Below, one piece after another: positions 12,625 through 26,050 of a stretch of 64,000 nucleotides of DNA. The number at the start of each line of letters is the position of its first letter. Position 1 is the stretch's first letter. The stretch is from Octopus sinensis (lineage: Eukaryota), in NCBI RefSeq assembly GCF_006345805.1, contig NC_043008.1, positions 55,118,001 through 55,182,000 of the forward strand, in the 5' to 3' direction. The notes beneath the pieces were generated by a model that worked only from the letters and a program-made list of their open reading frames with translations, was not told the origin of the DNA and ran no database searches. Position numbers and translations under genes: made by a program.

Positions 12625-13135
12625 TGTATATATATGACAACTCAGTACCGTCCATTGGATGGGGTTGGGCGTTTTGCTCGTATATATATATATATATATA
12701 TATATATACGAGTTGTCAAACATTTAAACCAAATTTTCTCAAAACAACTTGTCCGACCATCCCATAGGCCTCCCCTTTGAGAAATACTTATTTAACCTAA
12801 ATTTGAGACACCAGCAAAAGAAGAAATAAAGACAGACATTTTTCTATTCCAAAGAAAAATGATTTTATTCACACAAATATGCAACCGGAGAGTTTAAAGT
12901 CCCAGTAAGTACATTGCAACAGCTGATGTACTTGCACGTATAAATGCATGTTCCCACGGCTTTATTGATCGCATTCTCACCTGGAATCGATTTTTGTAAT
13001 TTTTTCAAAACTTATACACACCCTGATACCGTCGTTATCTACATATCAAATTAGAGCGCAATCGGACGGAGGAAGCCCGAGATCCTAGAAGACACACACA
13101 CAGACAGACAGACAGAACGGATTTTATATAATATA
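12625..13135 (-). mobile_element. Possible Helitron-like non-autonomous element
   Basis: A CpG-rich island. The reverse strand starts (ta)nAAAA followed by a (ctgt)n tract, an architecture typical of non-autonomous Helitron/Helentron derivatives. Termini are not clearly resolved. Confidence 0.3.
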
Positions 13136-13142
13136 TATATAT

Positions 13143-13360
13143 ATCATCATCATCATCATTGTTTAATGTCCGTCTCCCATACATGCATGGGTAGGATGGT
13201 TGACATGAGCCAGCCAGGTAGAAGACTGCCCCAGGCTACTGTGTCTGTTTTGGCAGGGTTTTTTATGGCTGGATACCCTTCCTAGCACCAACTACTCTGC
13301 AGAGTAGACTGAGTGATTTTTACGCAGTGCCAGCACTGGCAGGATCACCAAGTAACTTGC
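13143..13360 (-). mobile_element. Family C LINE 3' UTR
   Basis: (cat)n gtttaatgtccgtctcccatacatgcatggg...ggatacccttcctagcacc. Confidence 0.65.
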
Positions 13361-13436
13361 AAATGTATATACATATATATATCCTATCCTATTATAAATT
13401 TGAGTGAAGAACATAAAAGGCATCTCTCTCTGTTGT

Positions 13437-14751
13437 ATGGATGGCTAATTCAAAAGCATGGGTTACTGTTGTTATTTTTGAAGATTGGTCCTTCATCATT
13501 TTATCCCACCAGCAAAGAAATACTGTAAGGAGAAGAGGATTCCAAAGTTTTACTTATCTTAGATAATGCTCCTGGCCACCCGCAAAACATCCTAGATTTT
13601 GACCCCAACATTACCATCGTATACCTCCCTCTGCAGCCAATGGATCAGGGAATAATTGCTATCTTCAAGTGTTACTATATGAAGCATACACTGTGGCAAG
13701 AAGTAGCTATGACTGATCCTGATGAGTCAATCACACTTTGTGACTTTTGGAAGAGATATAATATTTACAAAGCTGTACAAGAACATAGCAGCAGCATGAA
13801 ATGATATACAGAGCATGGCTATGAATGGTGTATGGAAGAAGCTATGCCTGCAATTTGTGAATGATTCTAAAGGGTTTGATAATGTTGCCATCAACCGAAC
13901 ATTGGTGACTACGAGCAAAGAACTGGAAATGGATTTGGAGGAGGAGGATTTCACAGATTTATTTGAAAAAGACAAGCAATCCCTGATGAACGAGGATTTG
14001 ATAGAGCTTCACGAGCAGCAAAATAAAGAAGAGGAAGTCAAACCCGAGCCATGCCACTTTACCATTAAGAAATTGCAGCAAGCATTTGCATATATTGAAA
14101 AAGGTCTTTCTTTGTTCAAGGATATGGATTCAAATGCCCAACACTTTTCCAAGATTATGGCGGGGGGCGGCTTGTCACGAAGCTTTTGCTCCTTATAGTG
14201 TAATCTTTGAGAGAAAGAAGACAATTCAAGGAACTCTCAACCGGTTTTTTTAAGCGCATCAAACAAGAACAGCCAGAATCAACTGTTGATGTTGATGATC
14301 TACAGCCATCTACATCCATGATGTAAACCACCAAATTGTATGTACGCATTGGTAAATTTAAAATAATTTAGTTTTTTTCACTATTGCAAAATAATAATGA
14401 TTACTGAATTTATTTTTTAAGCTGAAAAAAGGCTTTTATTTCACCATGTCTTATTGCAAACCTCATTCATAAATAAAGCATCTGCGATGTACGGTAAACA
14501 CCGCCAAATTGTATTCATAAATTTAGATTTTTTTTTTTTACTGTACTGTGTTAAAAAATAAAAACCGTTTGTTTGTAAGCTTAAAATAGGTTTTTATTAA
14601 CCACAGTATTATTGAAAATGTATTCATAAATAAAGTATAGAACTGGGAATGGTTATTATTGGCTTAGTCTAGAGACAAGTAAACTCAGCCTAGCCTAGAG
14701 GCAAGTTAATCCAACTGGAACCAATTAACAATGTAGGGTGAGGTATGCCTG
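13437..14751 (+). mobile_element. Tigger/pogo-superfamily DNA transposon remnant (DDE_1 transposase C-half plus right TIR)
   Basis: Frameshifted translation: WMANSKAWVT...KVLLILDNAPGHPQ...LQPMDQGIIAIFKCYY...FWKRYNIYKAV...MNGVWKKLCLQFVNDSKGFD...EDLIEL. The right end gaggtatgcctg|TA is the reverse complement of the Tigger-type TIR CAGGCATACCTC. Confidence 0.85.
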
Positions 14752-15047
14752 TATATTCATATATATATGGACAGGATCAAACTAGCTACTTGTATTCCAC
14801 CCATGCTTTGCTTAAATTTTATTTCCCTATTCTATTTATTTATTTTGAGATCTATTAATACAGATATGTACAATAGTTAATTGAGTTTACCTCAAATAAC
14901 CGGTTGCACTGCTATGACCTAAATGAGTTCATATTCATTTGCTATATGAACCTAATAATGTCTGTTGGTGAATTAATTTAATTATTTTATAGATTCTAGA
15001 TAGGTGTGTTTAAAGCCATTATTCTATCCTACCCTTCCATCACACAT

Positions 15048-15111
<64 letters not shown>

Positions 15112-15115
<4 letters not shown>

Positions 15116-15825
15116 AGGGAACCTGTTGATGAAATGGTGAAGAACGACCTTTGAACATTAGGCTTCACTGAGGCAATGACTAGTGACCGAGACTTTTGGA
15201 AAAATGCTGTACTTGAGAAGACCTGACAAACCAAGTGAGACCATAACCTATGCCAGGGGTGTAACCAGCCCACTTATGCATACCTTTCCTTCATTGGACA
15301 CTAAACTCTGCTTGCGAAGACCTGTTGAGGCAACTGTAATTGAAATCAAAATCAAATTCGATGACTGGCATCCGGGAAACCCAGGAAAGTATGAGATAAA
15401 GTACTGAAGGTTGATCTCACGACACTGAGCCTTATGAAGGAGATACAAAGGACCAAGATATATGACACCTTGCTGTACTTAAGATGACCCACCCATCACT
15501 GCAGAATTGATATCTCAAACCACTTCAGTTAATGCTCCCTTCCCGGCTGAAGGGATTTTTGTCTTGTAAGTTACTTGGTGACCCTGTTGGTACAGGTGCC
15601 ACGTAAAAAGCACCTGTGCTAGTTCCACATAAAGAGCACCTATGCCAGTGTCATGTAAAAAGCGCCCAGTACACTCTGTAAAGTGCTTCGTGTTAGGAAG
15701 GGCATCCAGCCATAGAAGCCAAACCAAAGCAGGCAACTGGAACCTGGTGCAGCTCTCCAGCCTGCCAGCTCTAGCCAAACTGTTCAACCCATGCCAACAT
15801 GGTAAACAGACATTAAATGATGATA
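15112..15825 (+). mobile_element. Family C RTE-like LINE, 5'-truncated (ORF end plus 3' UTR)
   Basis: Starts with the ORF-terminal segment (...GFTEAMTSDRDFWKNAVLEKT), homologous to 59990-60050. Ends cccatgccaacatgg...gatgat. Confidence 0.75.
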
Positions 15826-15862
15826 ATGTACATATATATACATATTTATATATATATATATA

Positions 15863-16666
15863 TAACTGGTATCAAAAAGTTCCCAGGGTAGTTATGTTTA
15901 GTAAAAAATACTTATTTACTTAAGTTTTAACATCATCTCTTTGTGCAGCAATACACAGGTCCCAGTGTTCCTGTTGCTTTTGGAATCTGGCCTGGAAGTT
16001 GTTTTCCATAAGTGAGTTGAAGACCTCCTGTGAGTTACTCTTAATCTCAACAATGGTGTTAAAACGGTGACCTTTGAGCTGCATTTTCATCTTGGGGAAG
16101 AGGTGGAAGTCACGAGTGAGCGGAGCTCAGTGACAAGATGTATTGTCATTGAGAAGAATCCAATCTTTAACGCTCCACAGATCTGGTTGCTTTCAACGGA
16201 TATCCTTCCTCAAATGCTTCATAACATCATTGATTGTCTTCTTGCAATCCTCATGCACAGACTGCTGAATTTTCTCTACATTTCCAGGGGTGATGATTAT
16301 GGCAGGTCTTCCATGGACATTCTTCTACTTTTGAAGCACCTGTGCCACTCAAAACATTATGTGCAACCCATTGCCTCATTGCTGTAAGCTTGCCGAAGAA
16401 TGCTCAATGTCTCTGTAGCAGACTTCCCAAGTTTAATGCTGAATTTCACATTGGCCCTTTGTTCCAATTTCCTGTCCATGACAAAGATTGCAAACTACAG
16501 TATACATGTGATCGCAAAAACACAAATTTTACAACTTGTGAAATAAACACAGTGCTGTCACTTGGCACACTACTTCATGAAGGTCACTGCTAGCTCACAC
16601 TGTGTGCTGCCATCTGTTAGTGCACTACAGAACTAGTCCGGGAATTTTTTGATAACACCTCATCTA
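15863..16666 (-). mobile_element. Internally deleted mariner
   Basis: The reverse strand encodes MDRKLEQRANVKFSIKLGKSATETLSILRQAY...CFEWHRCFK (N-terminal HTH) and DFHLFPKMKMQLKGHRFNTIVEIK...QEHWDLCIAAQ (C-terminus). Imperfect TIRs (atcaaaaagttcccag / ccgggaattttttgat) sit in TA context. Confidence 0.8.
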
Positions 16667-16670
16667 TATG

Positions 16671-16707
<37 letters not shown>

Positions 16708-16710
<3 letters not shown>

Positions 16711-17120
16711 CGTAAGAGTGGCTGTGTGGTAAGTAGCTTGCTTACCAACCACATGGTTCCGGGTTCAGTCCCACTGCGTGGCACCTTAGGCAAGTATCTT
16801 CTACTATAGCCTCAGGCCGACCAAAGCCTTGTGAGTGGATTTGGTAGACGGAAACTGAAAAAAGCCTGTCGTATATATGTATGTATATATATATGTGTAT
16901 GTGTGTGTATATGTTTGTGCGTCTGTGTTTGTCCCCCCCCCCAACATCGCTGACAGCCGATGCTGATGTGTTTACGCCTACGTAACTTAGTGGTTCGGCA
17001 AAAGAGATCGATAGAATAAGTACCAGGCTTACAAAGAATAAGTCCTGGGGTTGACTTGCTCGACTAATGGTGGTGCTCCAGAATGGCCACAGTCAAATGA
17101 CTGAAACAAGTAAAAAAGTA
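16708..17120 (+). mobile_element. SINE-A, full length, within a (TA)n tract
   Basis: Head ggcgtaagagtggctgtgtgg through tail gaaacaagtaaaaaagtaa. Confidence 0.85.
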
Positions 17121-17900
17121 ATATATATATATATATATATATACACATACACACAATCATCATCATCATTTTAACGTCTGCTTTCCATACTGGCACAGAT
17201 TGAATGATACGTGTATGTGTGTGACTGCTCAGTTTTTTCAATTCACAATAGTGTATAATTGGTATTCATTTTTTTATTATTCACCAATGAAATAATAAAA
17301 GCATAAAATGTTGTTGCATGCCCTGTTGATACGTGGATTCATATAGCAATGAAATTAGGGCAAGGCTTTTCACTGAATTTTATCTGGGTGGGGTGGGTTT
17401 TTTTTTTTTTTACCCCACACAATTTGTTCAACTCTTTCCTATCTTTATCACTTCTGTAATTCCTCAATGGATGTGTGTTTGTGTTTGTGTGGCACTCTTT
17501 ATAATTAATTGGGCGTTAACATAATTATTCCAATATCATTATCATCAGACAGCTATCTCTCTGATAACAACAAGTTTAAATGCAATGTAGTGGTGAATTC
17601 ATTTGCAGCAGTAAAACCATGAAAGACAAAAAAGGGGGGGGGGAGTGGGGTGGATGTAAAATGTTCTTTTCTACGATTGTTTTTTTAATTTCTTTATGTT
17701 CAGGAACCTAACCAGTTCTGTGGTTAATTATACTATTACTACGATGGCTCTCAGTTTTTCCCCCCATTTCTTCCATGTACCTCTCTCTCTCTCTCTCTTG
17801 TAGCTTGCCCTTCTAGAAATAAAATGACACATTCTAATATAAACCCCAATGTTTAATTTATTACTAATCATCCCATCCCATTAATTTAATTCTATATACT

Positions 17901-18320
17901 CATTACTCTCTCTTTTTACTCTTTTACTTGTTTCAGTCATTTGACTGCGGCCATGCTGGAGCACCGCCTTTAATCGAGCAACTCGACCCCAGGACTTGTT
18001 CTTTGGAAGCCCAGTACTTATTCTATCGGTCTCTTTTGCCGAACCGCTAAGTGACGGGGACATAAACACACCAACATCGGTTGTCAAGTAATGCTAGGGG
18101 GACAAACACAGACACACAAACATACACGTACACACACATATATATATATATATATACGACGGGCTTCTTTCAGTTTCCGTCTACCAAATCCACTCATAAG
18201 GCTTTGGTCGGCCCGAGGCTATAGTAGAAGACACTTGCCCAAGGTGCCACACAGTGGGACTGAAGCCGGAACCATGTGGTTGGTAAACAAGCTACTTACC
18301 ACACAGCCACTCCTGCACCT
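17901..18320 (-). mobile_element. SINE-A, full length
   Basis: High identity to the 4366-4950 copy. Confidence 0.85.
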
Positions 18321-18619
18321 ATATATAGAATCAAACTTGAAATACTACTTTATAGTTTTTGGGTTTTTTTTTAAAGCATTATGTAATGTAAGTGTGTATG
18401 TGTTCAAGCAGAATAACAGTGAAGGAATCAAAGAACCATTTCCAAATTCATGACAAAGTTTATTAAGAAACAGGTAAAACCTTGCAGGTGTCCAGTAGTG
18501 TCCTTTTTTTAAGACAGTAAGATATCTGATCTGAGTGAATTTGCTTGCTAATTTTAACAGTTTGAGCAACCACGTAAGGTGTAGGCTTTCATGTCAGCTC
18601 ATCTATTTAATGTATTTTA

Positions 18620-19110
18620 TTTCTGAAGTCCTTCTCTCCTGTGTGTGCATAGGCTATCAACAAATTTTCTCCACTGTTCTTGTCTCTCGACTGTCTTCTC
18701 AGTTCCTTTCCAACTGTATCCCTGCTTTTTCACCCCTGCCTGAGTACCCCATCTTCATTAATTTTAGGGTATCCTTTCTTTGCCTCCTTTGCGGGTTCCA
18801 GGTCAGGGCCTGACATGTAAGTGTAATACTGGATGTTGGTTTCTTTCCAGATTTTGCTGCACTCTGTTATATGCTTCCCTACCGGAAAAGCCTCCCTTTC
18901 CAAGGGCTTGTTGCTTTTGAATTGTCACCAATGCTTCTAAAACTTTGCTTTATCCTAGACAGGGATATTGGCCCTATGCAAACCCATTTTTACCTCTGGA
19001 AAGAAGTGGTCCCTATAAGCCCAGCTTCTATCCTTTGACCTATCCAACTTGCACCTCTCTGGCATAGCTGTCAGGATCATTGAGGCACACAAGTAACCAC
19101 ACAGCAGCAA
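18620..19110 (-). mobile_element. RTE-like LINE remnant; 3' ORF end possibly fused to a 5' UTR-like segment
   Basis: Reverse translation KPTSSITLTCQALTWNPQRR... / ERQEQWRKFVDSLCTHRREGLQK* resembles the RTE ALTWNPQG.R...WR..V..LC terminus. The 5' portion looks RTE-5'-UTR-like, which is an inference. Confidence 0.5.
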
Positions 19111-19679
19111 GGACATTGTGGTGGTATTTAGTATTTATTGAATGCAAATTTGAAGATTTAGCAATAAAAATCAGGCATTTAAAACAGTATTTAAATGTGT
19201 CAATAAACATACGTGCTTATGGCTGCATATATGCGTCGGTGCATGGTCAATCTTGACTAATTGATATTGAAAAACTGTATATAGCAGAAAAACTGTGGTA
19301 TATTTTCAGCCAGTGTATTACATCATCATCATTATCATCATTCAAATTCACTCACAATCATTGGTTGGTCCAAATCTATAGTAGAAGACATTTGCTTAAG
19401 ATTGAACAATTTGATTGAACCCAAAAAACCAAATGGATGCAAAGCGATCCTCTGGACCACTTCTTAAATATTCATTTTCCTGTAGCTTGCGGCCACATCC
19501 AGATAACTCTTTACCATCATTCTCTCTTCACCCAACTGGGGTGCCATGTACCTCCTCTACACCAAGATACCTGTTCCTGACCCTCTATTATACTTTAACC
19601 TCTCATCACCAGGCATAAAAGTCACCGTCCTCAATACCACACCTTCATCAGTTGAGGTAAAGTTATGTCATGAAAGTTA

Positions 19680-19862
19680 GATGGCGACCTCACTAGTGCC
19701 ACATGAAAAGTACCCAGTACACTTGGTGAAGTGGTTGATGTTAGGAAGGGTATCCAGCTGTAGAAATCATGCCAAAGCAAACAATGGAACTTGGGACAGT
19801 CCTCTAGTTTATCAGCTCCTATTGAACGGTCCAGCTCATGCCAGCATTGAAAACTAGTGCTA
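19680..19862 (+). mobile_element. Family C LINE 3' UTR
   Basis: gttaggaagggtatccagctgtagaa...catgccagcattgaaa. Confidence 0.6.
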
Positions 19863-19949
19863 AATAATGTTAAAAATTTGCTTCCCAACCACATGGTTCC
19901 TTGGGTAGGTGTCGTCTACTATAGCTTCAGGTTGACTAAAGCACACTGG

Positions 19950-20350
19950 ACAAAATGCTTCGCAGCATTTCATCCATCTTTATCTTCTGAGTTCAAATTC
20001 CACCAAGGTCAACTTTGCCTCTCGTCCTTTCAGGGTTGGTAAAATAAGTACCAGGTGATCACTGGGGTTGATGTAATCAACTAGCCCTCTCCCCCAAGAT
20101 TTCAGGCCCTGTGCCTAGAGTAGAAAGGATTATCATTATTATTATCATTAAGGTAGCAAGCTGGCAGAATCGTTAGCAATGCCCAGCAAAGTGCTTAGCA
20201 GTATCTCATTTGTCTTTACAGTGTGTGTTCAAATTCTGCTGAGGTTGACTTTGCCTTTCCTTTCAGGGTTGATAAATTAAGTATCAGTTATGCATTGGAA
20301 TCAATGTAATCGAATATTCCCCCCCCCCCCCAATTTCAGGCCTTGAGACT
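19950..20350 (+). mobile_element. Two SINE-B copies (short-tail variant)
   Basis: agctggcagaatcgttagc...ttctgagttcaaattc...gactttgcctttcatcc...ccccaagatttcaggcc, with (tta)n linkers. Confidence 0.7.
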
Positions 20351-20483
20351 GGTGGGAGAGATGGAGGAAAGTATTCTCAAACTGAAGACCTGGTCTGAAT
20401 GCTTGCAACAAAGTTGTCTAAATTTACCTATGGACAAGGTGATGGATTAAGTCTACCAACTAATATATGTGTGTGTGTGTGTG

Positions 20484-20545
<62 letters not shown>

Positions 20546-20863
20546 TGAGACACAGACATATATGTGTGTGTGTGTATTATATATATATATTATATATATA
20601 TATATATATATGAATGAGAAAGTGAAACACAGACATATATATGTGAAGCATGACTGTCACCACTACTACATGAACCTGAAGATTGCATAATTTAATGCAT
20701 GAAAGTACTAGTTCAATCAGAATGAACATTTAACATTCTATTATTTTATTTTATTATATTCTATTATCTTATATTATATTATAAGATCGTAAATAAAACG
20801 TGAAAATCAGACAAGGTTGGAATTCCTTTTATTAATATATATATATTATGTATAACACAGACA

Positions 20864-20910
<47 letters not shown>

Positions 20911-21779
20911 TTGTGTAGTGGTGACTGTTTTTCTCTATAGCTCTGTGGCTAGGCTATTTTGTGTGTTCATGCATGTGTATGTTTATGTATAAAATGTCGG
21001 AAATAATAGTTAAAACATTTGTACCCGTGGCAACTTCCACGTCTTTCTCTTGATGTAACTTTATAGCAACACTTGACTTAAAATGACATTTCCATTCCTG
21101 TTTTTTTGCTCTTCTTTTTTTTGTTTTGTTTTTCCTTTTCACACATTTATTTATATTTATTGGGTGTATTTCTGTATCAATATCTTCTCTTTCTGTAAAC
21201 TTTGAGGTAGTTTTAAAAGTTGTGTTATTGCAGCAGAAATAGGAAGTTAATGGTGTTGGTAATAAATGTTAATTGCTCTCTATACTGATGTCTACCACTT
21301 GTTTGATTACATTTTCCTTTTTGGATTTTGTTTTGGGGGTCTTTCATTTATGATTGATTGTAATGTCTCTTGGGAAAGGCATGAATACCAAAGGGTCGTA
21401 TTTTTTTTCATTTTCTTATAAATCTGACATCTTAGTTGTAGAGAAGAAAAATAATAATAATAACAGTATAAAAAAATTATCGTTGCTGTTGTTGTTTAAC
21501 CACAGGGAAAGGCGTGAATACCAGAGAATTGTATTTTTCTTTTCTTATAAATATGAGGTCTTAATTCAAGTAAAAAGAAACAAATAAGAACCGGTATGGC
21601 ATTTTAGGTGCCAGCACGGCTGTGTGGTTAAGAAGTTTGCTTTGTGATCACGTGGTTTTGGGCCCAGTTCTACAGTACAGCATCTTGAGCAAGTGTCTTC
21701 TACAGTGGCCTTTGAGTGAATTTCGTAGATGATGGAAACTGTATGGAAGCCTGTCTTATGTGTGTGTATGTATCATTAT

Positions 21780-22140
21780 CCTCATTAATCATCATCATCA
21801 TCATTCAACATTCATTTTTCCATATATTGAACAGTTTGATGAGCTGGCAAGACAAAGGGCTACACCAAGATCCAGCTCTCTGTTTTGGCATGGTTTCTAC
21901 TGCTGGATACCCTTCCTAATGCCAACCACTTTACAGAGTGTATTGGGTGTTTTATTACGTGGTGCCAATACAGTTGCTTTTTTACTGGCACCGGCATAGG
22001 TGTTCTTTACGTGGTGCTGGCATTGGTGCTTTTTGTGTGGTTCCAGCACTGGCAGTTTTTACATAGTGCCAGCATGGGTGCTATTTATTTATGTGTTGCT
22101 GACCTGGGTCCTTTTTATATGGCACCACTGAATGTTTGTG
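21780..22140 (-). mobile_element. Family C LINE 3' UTR, diverged
   Basis: (cat)n...ttttccatatattgaacag...ggatacccttcctaatgccaaccac. Confidence 0.55.
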
Positions 22141-22324
22141 CATGTTTTGCATATAGACGAAGTGACACAAATACCCTGGTGTTAGAACCCGATATACATC
22201 ATATGCTTCAGAATAAAGTGTCAAGTCAAGTACAGAACATAATATGAAATTAGATGGATGACAAAGAAGTATGAAGCTCATTTTATAATTCCCTGTTCCT
22301 CTGTCATCTATCTAATTTCATATA

Positions 22325-22514
22325 CAAGGGGATGCTGAAAATTTCCTGGTGTTAAGGGTATCGTGGAAGGCCTGCCTGGAAGCCCAACCTTCTGAGTTCT
22401 TTTACAGGGCCTAGAAAAACTAAAGGAAAGGGGGATGTATTGAATAAAATCACAAATAACTGATCTTACTGTATTTTCTTTTACTCAAAACCTGAAGCTT
22501 TTCAGCAACCCTCA
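22325..22514. mobile_element. Mariner-derived MITE
   Basis: TIRs caaggggatgctgaaaatttcc / gcttttcagcaaccctca in TA context. An inverted homologue lies at 59178-59395. Confidence 0.65.
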
Positions 22515-23594
22515 TATGTGTGTTTGTAGAAATATAAATAAAAAAATCTTTGGTACAGAGGTATATATTTGGAAAAAATGAATAATAATTACTTATCTGA
22601 TAATTATTTTGCACTTTTATGGTTAAATGATTACAAATTGCTTGATATTTACTAACCGATTTGTAAACAGCTAATCATTAAAGTGCAACATAATTATCAG
22701 GAAAGTCATTCTTATTCGTTTTTTTCCAAATATATATTCGTATATCCGTGTGTATATGTATGTCTTTGTGTTTGTTCCACCCACTGCTCAACAACCTGTA
22801 ACTTTGTTTACATCCTTATAGAGACTCATAGAATAAGTGCTAGAATTTTAGAAAATTAAATACTAGGGTTGATTTATTGGGGTTAATGCAGAATTGCACC
22901 TGTCCTGGAAAAATGCACTTTTTGGGAAAAATTTTTTTCAGATTCCTCCATTTTAGATGTCGGAGATTACGAATATGCAAAAAACAAAAAGATTTTTAAA
23001 ATTTGATCCTCCCCACTCCCCCAATTAAAAATTTTGATTTTGTTTAATTTAAAGAGGTTGTAGCAAATTGACAAACAATGTGCAAATCGAAATTAAATAT
23101 TGGCAAAAAACATTAAAATGAAAAGAATTTGCGTTTTACTTGTGTTTGCCCTAAATAATCATATAACATTTTCACACACACGCACACACACCTACATGTT
23201 GAGGTATAGTGCCTATTCCATTGCATTTTTTTTTTCTGTCTCTGGTATTTTTTCTTCTTATAGAGAGAAAAAGGAATAATATGGGTGTGTCCTAACAATA
23301 AAATCTGTCATTCTTGGGTTAAAAACTAGCCAGGTACTCCCATAATTTTTGTTAAGGAATGTGTCCATTATCTTGCCCTTCTCATTACTTCTGGTACGAC
23401 TATTGCTTATATAGCCACAATGAAAGTGTACGTGTCTGAAATCTTGAACTCTCTATACTACTTTCTCATCATAATTAGAAATTTTGGTTTGTTTTTGAGG
23501 CATACTTCTCTTATGGATGTAGCATGTCTAGCATTGTCATCATTTTTTGTATGTACCATTTTAGAAAATAAAGAAAGCATTCTTCTTCTTCTGG

Positions 23595-24210
23595 TTATTA
23601 AAGCAGCAAGTTGGCAGAATTGTTAGCACCCCTGATAAGATGCTTAGCAGCAGTTTGTCCATCTTTACATTCTGAGTTCAGATTTTGTCGAGGTCAACTT
23701 TGCCTTTCATTCTTCTGGGATTGATAAAACAAGTTTTATGTACAAGTTGAGCACTGAGGTTGATGTAGCTGACTTTCCCCACCCACCAGATTTCAGGCCT
23801 TTTGCCTATAATAAAAACAGTTATTATTATTATTATTATTAGCACGCCAGGCGAAATCCTTAGCAGTATTTCGTCTGTCTTTACGTTCTGAGTTCAAACT
23901 CTGTCGAGGTCGACTTTGCCTTTCGTCCTCGATAAATTAAGTACCAGTTGTACACTGGGGTCGATCTAATCGACTGGCCCTCTCCCCCCAAATTTCAGGC
24001 CTTGTGCATAGAGTAGAAAAGATTATTATTATTATTAAGACAGTATGCTGGCAGAATCATTAGCCTATTGGACAAAATACTTAGTGGTATCTTGTCTGTC
24101 TTTATGTTCCGAGTTCAAATTTTGTTGAGGTTAACTTTGCTTTTCATCCATTTGGGGGCAATTAAGTAAGTACCAGTCGCACACTGGAGGTGATGTACTA
24201 AACTAGGCTC
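23595..24210 (+). mobile_element. Cluster of three SINE-B copies joined by (tta)n tails
   Basis: Three successive ttctgagttcaaa...gtcgactttgcc units at about 23670, 23885 and 24110. Confidence 0.75.
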
Positions 24211-24237
24211 TTCTTTATTCTCTTATATATGTCAATA

Positions 24238-24244
<7 letters not shown>

Positions 24245-24312
<68 letters not shown>
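24245..24312. repeat. Compound (GA)n(GT)n microsatellite
   Basis: Seen directly. Confidence 0.95.
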
Positions 24313-24313
<1 letters not shown>

Positions 24314-24535
24314 CATGTGTGTGCTTGTCCCCTCACTGTTTGACAGCTAGTGTCGGTTTGTTTACATCCCTGTAACTCAGTGGTTCAGCAAAAGCAATTG
24401 ATAGAGTAGTACTTTTTAAAGTACTAGACTTTAAAAAGTAAGTACTAGGTGGGATTTGTCCAACTAAACCCTTCGAGGTCTTGCTCCAGCTGCTGTTCAG
24501 TGACTGAAACAAGCAAAAGGTTAAAAGATAAAAGA
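24313..24535 (+). mobile_element. SINE-A 3' half, diverged
   Basis: ttgtcccctc...tgactgaaacaagcaaaagg. Confidence 0.6.
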
Positions 24536-24559
24536 TGTGTACGTGTGACTGTTTATTTG

Positions 24560-24772
24560 TGGGTGAAAACTACACAGCGATGTCTAGTGTGGTATTTCTT
24601 TGTTTTCGCTTAGTTTCAACAAAGCACCAACACAACAAACACAGAATAATCATTCAAAATGTTAAATACTATCTGATTGTCTAGATTATGCCGTAAAATA
24701 AAGAGAGTGAAGTCTGCTGTTTGAAATTGGATCGCTTGACTTAAGTTTTATTCAAATGGATGTTTGGTAAGC
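24560..24772 (+). promoter_or_regulatory. Candidate promoter / first exon with donor site
   Basis: Non-repetitive and CpG-retaining, with Inr-like ttagtt at about 24610. atggatgtttg|gtaagc gives a donor at 24767, followed by a C-rich/CpG stretch. Confidence 0.25.
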
Positions 24773-25040
24773 AATAGTTTTTAGTCCGACCGCCTTCCCC
24801 TCCCATCCCCCCCCCCACACACACACGCGCGCGTGTGTATTTTTATGTTGGTACTTTCTTCTCTTACAGACATTCTGATAGTTTCTGTGCCAAACTAGAA
24901 TCAATACCAACTTGTAATGCTAGTCCTAAAATTATACCGTTCCTTCACCATATGCACTTTATAGCTGCAATTAATCATTGCAATTTTAAATGTTCTTCCA
25001 ATTTTTATAAGTTATTAATCTATATAATTATATATATAAA

Positions 25041-25059
<19 letters not shown>

Positions 25060-25083
<24 letters not shown>

Positions 25084-25250
25084 TTTTCTCTCTTTGTTTC
25101 TCTCTTTGTTTTTTTCTGTGTCCCTTTCTGTAGAAGAGCGTAGGCTCGAACCGTAAAAGACCTTTTTCAATTCCTCAGCGTTATACTAATACATCTGTTT
25201 GTTTTGTACACCACCTGTCTTCGTCATTTGTTTTTTTCGTGAACTCTCCC

Positions 25251-25255
<5 letters not shown>
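25060..25255 (+). mobile_element. Probable Penelope-like terminal remnant with degenerate hammerhead-like motif
   Basis: Lies between (TA)n tracts and contains gtagaagagcgtaggctcgaaccgta, a corrupted form of the CUGANGAG...CGAAAC.GUH layout. Confidence 0.3.
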
Positions 25256-25305
<50 letters not shown>

Positions 25306-25699
25306 TATATATACAACTATATAATATCTAACTGTATGATATATAGAACAATTTAAAATTATAATTATATATCTATATAAGTATATAATATATATAATTA
25401 TGTATTTAAAAGAAAAAAGTTTTCATTTTGATGCTGTTTTACATACTGTTTTGCTGGTTACAGTCATTGGATAATGGCCATGTTAGAGCAGGCCTTCCAG
25501 GGTCCTGGTCAATCATATTGATCCCTCAGTATTTATCCCTGTCTGGTAGTTATTTTATTGATCTCTGTTTCTTGAACCACTGAGTCGTGTAGCATAAAAA
25601 GACCTAACATGAAGTCAATACCTGGCTTAACTTATGTAAACATAGACAGGAAAGGACACACATGCATGAGTGTGCATTCACGCGTGCACATGCACACAC

Positions 25700-26050
25700 A
25701 CATCATTATCATCATTATCATTGTTTAACGTCCGCTTTCCATGCTAGCATGGGTTAGACGATTTGATTGAGGACTGGTGAACCAGATAGCTGCACCAGGC
25801 TCCAATCTGATCTGGCACAGTTTCTACATCTGGATGCCATTCCTAACGCCAACCACTCTGAGAGTGTAGTAGGTACTTTTATGTGCCACTGGCACGAGGG
25901 CCAGTCAGGCGGTACTGGTAATGGCCATGCTCAAATGTTTTTTATGTGCCACCTGCACAGGAGCCAGTCCAGCGGCACTGGCAACGACCTCACCCAAATG
26001 TTTTTTTCATATGCCACCGGCACAAGTGCCAGTAAGGTGATGCTGGTAAT
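25700..26050 (-). mobile_element. Family C LINE 3' UTR
   Basis: Near-identical to 9870-10350. Confidence 0.8.

Noticed and set aside
22880-23110. Segment resembling a DNA-transposon end
   Set aside because: No matching opposite TIR or TSD was found, so it cannot be classified.
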